A stretch of DNA of 34,265 nt, taken from Magnetococcales bacterium. GTDB taxonomy: Bacteria > Pseudomonadota > Magnetococcia > Magnetococcales > JADGCH01. The position numbers were made by a program, and so were the translations under genes. A model generated the notes under the pieces. The model did not search any database and was not told the DNA's origin. It saw only the letters and a list, made by a program, of their open reading frames with translations. The stretch spans positions 1 through 34,265 of the forward strand of contig JADGCM010000003.1 of assembly GCA_015228995.1 (NCBI GenBank), read 5' to 3'. This document shows, in pieces, positions 27,835 through 34,265 of this stretch; positions within the stretch are counted from its first letter, which is position 1, and each line of letters starts with the position of its first letter.

Positions 27835-28332
27835 TCAATGACCGCCGTGTGACATGTTGTGCGGTTTGTCATGACTGGCCGGATGCACCTCAACATCAAG
27901 CGCTATCTTGCTCCCATTGTCGAGCAGGATCGCTAGGGGCACCTTATCACCGGCACGCAGGGGCTGTTGCGGATTTAACAACATGATATGATAACCACCT
28001 GGTTGCAATTTCATAGTTTTACGGGCCGGAATGACGAACTGCTTGCGGGCCTGCATCATGGCGACCCCATCTTTTTGGATGGTCTCGTGCAACTCGGTTT
28101 TGGCAAACAACGGACTGGTGATTTCCTTGATCTGCACGGCAGCGTCGCTATTATTGGTCAGGACCATATAAGCCGCCAGTGCGGGCACCCCGGGCGGCGA
28201 TTCACGAATCCACGGCGTCTCAATCTGCAACGGTGGTTCGGTGGCAGCATCGGCGTTAGCAATGAGCCATCCGTAAACAGCCGCCAGCACCGCGATACCA
28301 ATCGAAGCGATTGTTCTAGTTCTCGTTATCAT
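27835..28332 (-). CDS. Periplasmic copper chaperone PCuAC
   Basis: Signal peptide; ELHET...MM...PGGYHIML copper motif; His-rich tail HPASHDKPHNMSHGGH. Confidence 0.9.
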   Translation of the reverse strand: MITRTRTIASIGIAVLAAVYGWLIANADAATEPPLQIETPWIRESPPGVPALAAYMVLTNNSDAAVQIKEITSPLFAKTELHETIQKDGVAMMQARKQFVIPARKTMKLQPGGYHIMLLNPQQPLRAGDKVPLAILLDNGSKIALDVEVHPASHDKPHNMSHGGH

Positions 28333-28336
28333 TTTA

Positions 28337-28999
28337 TTACCTCTCCAGTAGGCCAACGATACGTATAAATTGATCGGCCATTTTCTCCCCGCTTAACAAT
28401 TTCGGATCGAATATGGCCACCAGTTGCGCCTGTGGATTGATCAGAAAGATCGACGAGGAGTGAACAACCTCATACTCCGTGTCGCTCTCTTGGTTCTTTT
28501 GCAGGCGAAAATAGGCCCCAAATCTTTTAGCAGCATCAAGCAGTTGTGGCGCCGTTCCGGTGACGCCCAATAAATCTTTGCTGAAAAAGGCGACATAGTC
28601 CTGTAGTACCTTGGGGGTGTCGCGTTGTGGGTCAACGCTAATAAAAACACCGCGACTGCGCTGACGCAACGGCGGCGCTTTGTTAGACAGATCGGCGAGC
28701 ATCGCTCCCAGCACCCCCAATCCCATTGGGCAAATATCCGGGCAGTAAGTATAGCCGAAAAAAACCAAGCTCCACTGACCATTTAACCGGCTGAGATCGA
28801 AAGTTGCTCCCTGATGATCCACTAATTGAAATGGCTCTAGCGCTCGTGCTGCCGGCAATAAGGTGCCTCGCAGTTCGGAGGGAACGCTATAGCCCCGTTC
28901 ACCAGCACCGTACCAAGAAAACAGTAGGCCAACCCCAGCCAGTAGGAGACCCGCCAGTAATGCCGCCGGTAATAAATAACGATTGAACCATAACCTCAT
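28337..28999 (-). CDS. SCO1/SenC copper chaperone
   Basis: N-terminal TM; FFGYTYCPDICP, SVDPQRDT, VVHSS. Confidence 0.93.
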   Translation of the reverse strand: MRLWFNRYLLPAALLAGLLLAGVGLLFSWYGAGERGYSVPSELRGTLLPAARALEPFQLVDHQGATFDLSRLNGQWSLVFFGYTYCPDICPMGLGVLGAMLADLSNKAPPLRQRSRGVFISVDPQRDTPKVLQDYVAFFSKDLLGVTGTAPQLLDAAKRFGAYFRLQKNQESDTEYEVVHSSSIFLINPQAQLVAIFDPKLLSGEKMADQFIRIVGLLER

Positions 29000-29009
29000 A
29001 GCAATAACC

Positions 29010-30305
29010 TCATGACGGCCCAACCCGATAAAAATGATAACGATTTCCCCCCAGTTGCTTTGCCTGAGCTAAGGAGGTGTAAGCACACTGCATGAGTTGA
29101 TCTACCGATAGGCCATCGAGTGGGCAGAGGGCTATGCCGATGCTACAGCTATTCCATAGATAATCATCATGTCCGTCTAACGCGACCATACCGACCATGG
29201 CAACCAAGTGCTGCGCCAGATCGGCCACTGTATCCGGACTTGATGGCTGGTTGGCCGGGCTGGGCAGCAGGATAGCAAACTCGTCACTGCCTAAATGATA
29301 CAGCGTACTGCGGGCATGTTGTGCGATGACGGGGGCCAGACGCCGGGCCAGCATCACCAGTGCCTGATCACCAGCCTGGGAACCGATGGATTGATTGACC
29401 GCCCTGAAGCCATCCAGATCCAGCAGCAACAGCGCTAAATCCGCTTGCAGTCGTTGCTGTTCCGCAATGAGATAATCACAACGGGCGTAAAACAACAAGC
29501 GGTTAGGCAGCTTCGTCAGCGCGTCGTAACCAACGGATTGTAATAAACGCGATCCAGGTTCAGCAACGGAAGTCAATTGTGAAAAGACACAGACATAACC
29601 GGTCAGTAATTGATTGGCACCACGGATGGCATTGATGGTCACTCGTTCCAAATAGCGCTCGCCACTGCGACGACGCTGCCAGATATTACCGCTCCAACAC
29701 TGAAATTCCTGCAATAGCGCCCATATACGCGTCGGAGATGTGGTATCATCGTGCAACAGCGCTGTTTCCATACGCAGGGGTTGCCCGACCAATTGGGCCT
29801 CGGTATAACCAGACCGGCGACAAAAAGCCGAATTAACCGCCTGTACCAGCATGGCTTGATCAGTGATGACAATCCCTTCTGTAACATGATCAAACACCGA
29901 TGCCGTTAGATGCAGCTGCCGCTCGGCCTCCAGTATGCGCAGCAAGTGGCGTAATCGATGCCGGAGAATGACCCAATGAATGGGTTTAGTGATTAGATCA
30001 ATCGCTCCTGCGCCATAAGCACGTTCGATTGAGGTCACGTCATGGAGGCCAGTGATCATCATGATCGGAATATGCCGCTCTCCCCGCCGCTCATTCAGGG
30101 CCTCGCAGGTAGAAAAGCCATCCATTCCCGGCATGCGCCCATCCAGCAGCACTACGTCTGGAGTACGGGCATCAAACAGCCGAATTGCCTCTTCGCCACT
30201 TTCCGCTGCCATGACCTCGTAACCACTGCGATGCAAAAAACGACTCAGCATCAAACGCGACACAGCATCATCATCAGCAATCAGGAACAGCGGCTGGCTG
30301 GCCAT
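29010..30305 (-). CDS. REC-PAS-GGDEF protein with a variant (GSDEF) active site
   Basis: IADDD, LLDGRMP, ITKP; PAS segment EGIVITD...VNSAF; YDALTKLPNR, DLDGFRAVN, HLGSDEF. Confidence 0.88.
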   Translation of the reverse strand: MASQPLFLIADDDAVSRLMLSRFLHRSGYEVMAAESGEEAIRLFDARTPDVVLLDGRMPGMDGFSTCEALNERRGERHIPIMMITGLHDVTSIERAYGAGAIDLITKPIHWVILRHRLRHLLRILEAERQLHLTASVFDHVTEGIVITDQAMLVQAVNSAFCRRSGYTEAQLVGQPLRMETALLHDDTTSPTRIWALLQEFQCWSGNIWQRRRSGERYLERVTINAIRGANQLLTGYVCVFSQLTSVAEPGSRLLQSVGYDALTKLPNRLLFYARCDYLIAEQQRLQADLALLLLDLDGFRAVNQSIGSQAGDQALVMLARRLAPVIAQHARSTLYHLGSDEFAILLPSPANQPSSPDTVADLAQHLVAMVGMVALDGHDDYLWNSCSIGIALCPLDGLSVDQLMQCAYTSLAQAKQLGGNRYHFYRVGPS

Positions 30306-30323
30306 CTTTATTTAGTCTCTACC

Positions 30324-30812
30324 TCATTTGAGTAACAAGGTCCGTACGTCATCTTGAGTCGTATCATAGATCATATAGCTTGCCTGCCCCCCAAACCCAT
30401 GTAATGTACCGGGATTAAGTACCCGTGTCTTGCCATCGTAGCGATTTTCGATACGATGGGTATGGCCACAGATAACGGCATAATATTGGTGACTCAGGAT
30501 CAGGGCCTCTTTGATGGGACGTATTGTGCCGTGATAGAGAGCGATCAGCCCTTCCGGCGTCTCAATTTCGAGAAAATCACCCTCGATTTGACCAGATATT
30601 TTACTAAATACTTTGGATAATCCCAATACCTCGCCATCGTTATTGCCAAACACCGCCGCCACGCGCAGGCCGGATAGTGCCAATATCATCGATGGGCTGA
30701 CGAAATCACCAGCATGAACCACCAATTCCACCCGTTCGTTGCGAAACACATCTGCCACGAACTGGAGGTGTTCCAAGTGATCATGTGAGTCGGATACGAT
30801 ACCAATTTTCAT
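30324..30812 (-). CDS. YfcE/MJ0936-family metallophosphoesterase
   Basis: IVSDSHD, HAGD, GNND, YHGT, GHTH, LNPG. Confidence 0.92.
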   Translation of the reverse strand: MKIGIVSDSHDHLEHLQFVADVFRNERVELVVHAGDFVSPSMILALSGLRVAAVFGNNDGEVLGLSKVFSKISGQIEGDFLEIETPEGLIALYHGTIRPIKEALILSHQYYAVICGHTHRIENRYDGKTRVLNPGTLHGFGGQASYMIYDTTQDDVRTLLLK

Positions 30813-30853
30813 GGGAGCACGTTTTCACCCCTCTTATTATTTGCTCGGTCGCT

Positions 30854-30906
30854 CCTCACCCCCCGACCCCCTCTCCCACAGGGAGAGAGGGGGAGGATGA
30901 AGCGGC
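30854..30906 (+). repeat. Dispersed hairpin repeat, copy C
   Basis: cctcaccccccgaccccctctcccacagggagagagggggaggatgaagcggc; 44/53 ungapped identity to copy A. Confidence 0.85.
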
Positions 30907-30977
30907 CTCATCATAGCGACAACTGGGGCTGTTTACCACTGTTTACGTGATGCTATGGCCGTGATTTGTTTTGATGC

Positions 30978-31217
30978 TCAGTTCAATTCAATTTTTGGCC
31001 CTGCTAGAAACACAGCAACATCCAGAGCAATATCTCTAGCAATTTGCCGAATCAAAATGGGCGAGACATCCTGCCCAGGATGCACTGGAATTGTTGTCTG
31101 TCGCCCATCAGTATAGCGCCATTGCTGGTGAGAACCACGCTATCGAACCAGTTCAAAGCCCCAAGAACGCAACAACGATGCGATGTCTCTTGCCGCTAGA
31201 GGAGGAACGCGACCCAC
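30978..31217 (-). pseudogene. hicA: HicA-family mRNase toxin with an in-frame amber stop at codon 26
   Basis: Manual translation MGRVPPLAARDIASLLRSWGFELVR*RGSHQQWRYTDGRQTTIPVHPGQDVSPILIRQIARDIALDVAVFLAGPKIELN*; TAG at 31142-31140; GSH and TTIPVH motifs. Confidence 0.88.
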
Positions 31218-31219
31218 GG

Positions 31220-31429
31220 TCAAGCCACCCGAATACGTTGTACACCGATAAATTCAGTTTCGAGATGAGGTTCGCCATCTTCCAGCAGCATGGCAATAAC
31301 CTCCTGTAAATTAATTGAGAGCTCATCAAGAGTTTTTCCTTGAGAATGGGCTCCAGGAAAACCAGGGACATAGCCTACGTAATATCCAGTGTCTTGGCAT
31401 TGCTCAACGACAGCATCATAAATGCGCAT
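31220..31429 (-). CDS. hicB: Short HicB-family antitoxin (no DNA-binding domain)
   Basis: YVGYVPGFPGAHSQGKTLDEL...NLQEVIAMLLE; directly upstream of hicA. Confidence 0.88.
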   Translation of the reverse strand: MRIYDAVVEQCQDTGYYVGYVPGFPGAHSQGKTLDELSINLQEVIAMLLEDGEPHLETEFIGVQRIRVA

Positions 31430-31478
31430 TTTATCTGACCCTTTTTAATCATGGGAGCACCATGATTCTGTTTTGATG

Positions 31479-32552
31479 TCAATTATTTTCCATTAACAGA
31501 TCAATGGCCTCCAGCAAACGGAGCCCATCGGCATGGGTGGCGATGGTAATGCGTAGCTTATCGGATAGACGCGGGTCGTGACCAAAATAACGTACCAAAA
31601 TATTCAAATTTTTGAGATCGTTGCACCAGTCACGACCACCACGACGGCCGGCCGGGACGGTGGCCAACACGAAATTAGCCTGGCTCTCTGGTACTTGAAA
31701 GCCGCGTTGACGCAACCCCGAGGTCAGGTAGCGCCGCTCAGTGCGAATGGCCTGTATGGTTGGTTGAAACAAATCCAGATGCCGCAACACTGCAACGGCT
31801 GCCACCTGTGCCAGCCGGTCGAGGTTATAGGAGTCGCGCACCTTGTGCATCTGTTGCGCCAGCACTGTGGGTAGAAATCCCAAGCCAATGCGCAAACCGG
31901 CCAACGATAGTGATTTGGAAAAGCTGCGCGTGATGACCAGATTTTCATAGCGGGCCATCAAAGGGAGGCCATTGTCATCGGCAAAATCGACATAAGCCTC
32001 ATCCAATACCACGATGGCTGTGGTGGCGGCACATAGCTGCGCCACTTGCTCCAGAGGTACCGCATGTCCGGTGGGGGCATTGGGACGAGCAATCAAAATT
32101 AATTTAGCGCCACTCGCTAACAGCCCTTCAATGGGCAAATCGAGCTGATTTTGCCACGGGACGGCGTGAAATAGCCCCTCCTGTAACTGGGTCAAGACCG
32201 GGTAAAGGGTGTAACTGGGATCAGGAGCCGCTACCCCATCACCGACCGCAATAAAGGTACGCATGAGTAGGGTCAGTAGGTCGTCCGAGCCGTTGCCAAC
32301 CACCACTTGGTCAGCGTCCAGACCAAAGGCCGCTGCTGCAGCCTGCCGTACTTCACGTGAGCTGGGTTCTGGATAGAGGCGCAGAGCGTCATTGATAGCG
32401 GCGTGCAGCGCCTCTATCACCGGCTGGGGGGGACCGAATGGATTTTCGTTGGTATTGAGCTTAATGATCGGTTGGCCATCTCTTGGCTGCTCACCCGGGG
32501 CATAACCATCCATCGCCACGACACAGGGGCGCACCTGAGCCAATAGATTCAT
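31479..32552 (-). CDS. hisC: Histidinol-phosphate aminotransferase
   Basis: IKLNTNENP, GNGSDD, PNAPTG, VLDEAYVDF, RSFSKSLSLAGLRIG, LRITI. Confidence 0.95.
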   Translation of the reverse strand: MNLLAQVRPCVVAMDGYAPGEQPRDGQPIIKLNTNENPFGPPQPVIEALHAAINDALRLYPEPSSREVRQAAAAAFGLDADQVVVGNGSDDLLTLLMRTFIAVGDGVAAPDPSYTLYPVLTQLQEGLFHAVPWQNQLDLPIEGLLASGAKLILIARPNAPTGHAVPLEQVAQLCAATTAIVVLDEAYVDFADDNGLPLMARYENLVITRSFSKSLSLAGLRIGLGFLPTVLAQQMHKVRDSYNLDRLAQVAAVAVLRHLDLFQPTIQAIRTERRYLTSGLRQRGFQVPESQANFVLATVPAGRRGGRDWCNDLKNLNILVRYFGHDPRLSDKLRITIATHADGLRLLEAIDLLMENN

Positions 32553-32565
32553 CCGGACTTACTCC

Positions 32566-34251
32566 TTATTTTTGGTTCCATAGCACCGAACTTAGTTCCA
32601 ACAGCTCTCTTGCTGAAGAGAGCACACGAGCTGGCATGGGCTCGACCCGACCACGAATCTCCAATTGATGGAGCGGGTAGTCCACCTGGGGCAGGTTCGC
32701 CAGTTCAAAGACCGCCTCGGAGATGATAACCTGGGCATCGTACGCCTTGGTTAGACTTTCCAAACGGCTAGCGGTATTGACGGTATCCCCTATCGCTGTC
32801 GTCTGTCGTGCGGAACCGTATCCCATCTCACCAACAATGGCTGTACCAACATGAATGCCGATACCGATGCGTAACGGCTCGCTCAGCTCCTCTGCCAAAC
32901 TGGCGTTGAATTGATCCAGACTGTGTCCCATGGAACCCGCAGCACGGATGGCGTCTCGGCAACCCTGACCAACGTCGCCATTCAGACCAAACAAGGCCAT
33001 CACCCCATCACCAATAAATTTATCAAGTTTGCCACCGCATGATTCCACCGCCTCCCCCATAAAGAGAAAATAGCGATTGAGTACGAATAGAACATCAAAG
33101 GGCAGCCGCCGCTCCGAAAAAGAGGTAAATCCACGTAAATCAGCAAACAGCACCACAACATCCATCTCACGCCCATGGCGCTGTTCAACGGCAGCCAGCA
33201 CATCAGACGCCCCAACATTGGCTTTCAATAGTGGCCAAGCAGATAAATCTTGCTGCGCCCTCGTTTGACAAGCCAAACGAATGCTGCTGGGAGCCCCGAT
33301 CTGGTTCAAAACCTGGCGTTCCAACGGACTGGGCGGCAGTAGCGATTCACTACCGCTACCAACCCGCACCCGGCAAGTCGAACAGCGACCACGGCCACCA
33401 CACAAGCTGGGATGATTGATGCGCGCCTGCTGCAAGGTCTCAAGCAGCGTGGCGCCCGGAGTAATAGGAACGCGGTGACGGTCGGCATAGCGCAATAGCG
33501 GTCGGTTACCAACCCGACTGGAAAGGTAGCGCCGCAACACAGGTGACATCAAGGCGGCAGATACCAAGGCCAACAATCCAGCCTGAAACCAATTGGCCAT
33601 ATTGAGGGTTGGTGGCAACATCTCTAGGGCCAATCGAGTCTGCTGTGCCAATCTGCTAAATAATTCTGGGTCTGCGTCAGCCAGCCGGCGGATATGCAAG
33701 CCAGAAGCAATATACCCGGCCAAGGCCAGTGTTACCAAAACCCACATCAATGGCGGCCACAGCCAGTGCCAGCGCTTATACCAGGGGTGCAATCGAGCCC
33801 AGGACCAAACACCGATGGAAGCGTGGGCCCAGACCAATAACAACAACACCCCCTGGACAACGCCATCGCTGCCGTAGGCAACCCAGAGGCTGAACTGAAC
33901 CAAAGGATAATTGACATCCACATGGTAATAATCATCCAACATCAAGGCTTTGACCAGATGGGGAGCCAACAGCGGTAAAATCAGCAATCCCAGCCAAATT
34001 TGGGCGCGCTGCCAAGTAGGCAACAACAGATGACGGCGCCGCTGCAGCGTCCACAAGCCCAAAGCAGGATGGAGCAACAGGGCGGTGTAGAACACAAACA
34101 TCAGCGGCGGATGATTCCATATCTCGGTCAACCACACTGCCGCCCAGTCCTGCACCTCAATGGAGATAATCCCAAGCGCATGGTTGGTGAAATGGCTAAC
34201 AACAAATAACGCCAGCAACAGGCCACTTATCAGACGCAACCGATCTTGCAC
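32566..34251 (-). CDS. Class III adenylate cyclase with His-rich membrane domain and 2Fe-2S ferredoxin domain (CyaC-type)
   Basis: TM His residues (SHFTNH, LLHP, APHL, WAHA); CGGRGRCSTC...RLAC; LFADLRGFT, DKFIGDG, TAIGDTVNTASRLE. Confidence 0.9.
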   Translation of the reverse strand: MQDRLRLISGLLLALFVVSHFTNHALGIISIEVQDWAAVWLTEIWNHPPLMFVFYTALLLHPALGLWTLQRRRHLLLPTWQRAQIWLGLLILPLLAPHLVKALMLDDYYHVDVNYPLVQFSLWVAYGSDGVVQGVLLLLVWAHASIGVWSWARLHPWYKRWHWLWPPLMWVLVTLALAGYIASGLHIRRLADADPELFSRLAQQTRLALEMLPPTLNMANWFQAGLLALVSAALMSPVLRRYLSSRVGNRPLLRYADRHRVPITPGATLLETLQQARINHPSLCGGRGRCSTCRVRVGSGSESLLPPSPLERQVLNQIGAPSSIRLACQTRAQQDLSAWPLLKANVGASDVLAAVEQRHGREMDVVVLFADLRGFTSFSERRLPFDVLFVLNRYFLFMGEAVESCGGKLDKFIGDGVMALFGLNGDVGQGCRDAIRAAGSMGHSLDQFNASLAEELSEPLRIGIGIHVGTAIVGEMGYGSARQTTAIGDTVNTASRLESLTKAYDAQVIISEAVFELANLPQVDYPLHQLEIRGRVEPMPARVLSSARELLELSSVLWNQK

Positions 34252-34265
34252 AAATTCCCCTCTCA

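Larger units (their letters stand above)
30809..31460. repeat. 12-bp direct repeat tcatgggagcac bracketing the hicBA plus hairpin segment
   Basis: Exact copies at 30809-30820 and 31449-31460; the left copy contains the phosphoesterase start codon. Confidence 0.75.

Noticed and set aside
12479-30906. Hairpin repeats as a CRISPR array or integron attC array
   Set aside because: Copies are kilobases apart, in mixed orientation, with no regular spacers, no cas or intI gene and no clear attC R-box ends.
31140-31142. Amber recoding (pyrrolysine or alternative code) to explain the hicA TAG
   Set aside because: TAG is used as a normal stop elsewhere in the window (NUDIX, CDF) and no pyl genes are present.

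Overview
A 34-kb bacterial chromosomal window of moderate GC with about 35 genes and no rRNA, tRNA or CRISPR. A MamB-like CDF gene suggests a magnetotactic host, possibly Magnetococcales (inference). In order: (1) a 5'-truncated 2-oxoacid:ferredoxin oxidoreductase alpha/beta pair running into terD-terZ-like-terB, a GT-A-like gene and two tandem methyltransferase-TPR paralogues; (2) a minus-strand glycan-modification operon (NUDIX, four GT4, FkbM, Sel1) interrupted by a clan AA aspartic protease; (3) a MamB-like CDF with no C-terminal domain, a decayed IS1634-family element (perfect 19-bp TIRs, 6-bp TSD) and a decayed PilJ/CZB chemoreceptor-like gene; (4) an uncharacterised four-gene redox operon (Tat-AKR-FeS, DUF6599-like, DUF362, NapH/NapG-like polyferredoxin); (5) rubrerythrin/rubredoxin reductase/rubredoxin, rsmD, an orphan ABC ATPase, a REC protein and hemB; (6) PCuAC, Sco, REC-PAS-GGDEF, a phosphoesterase, a hicBA module with an amber-interrupted toxin bracketed by a 12-bp direct repeat, hisC and a CyaC-type adenylate cyclase. 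A dispersed ~53-bp hairpin repeat (3 copies, one compensatory base-pair change) sits next to the accessory insertions. All family calls are from motifs recognised by eye; no searches were run.
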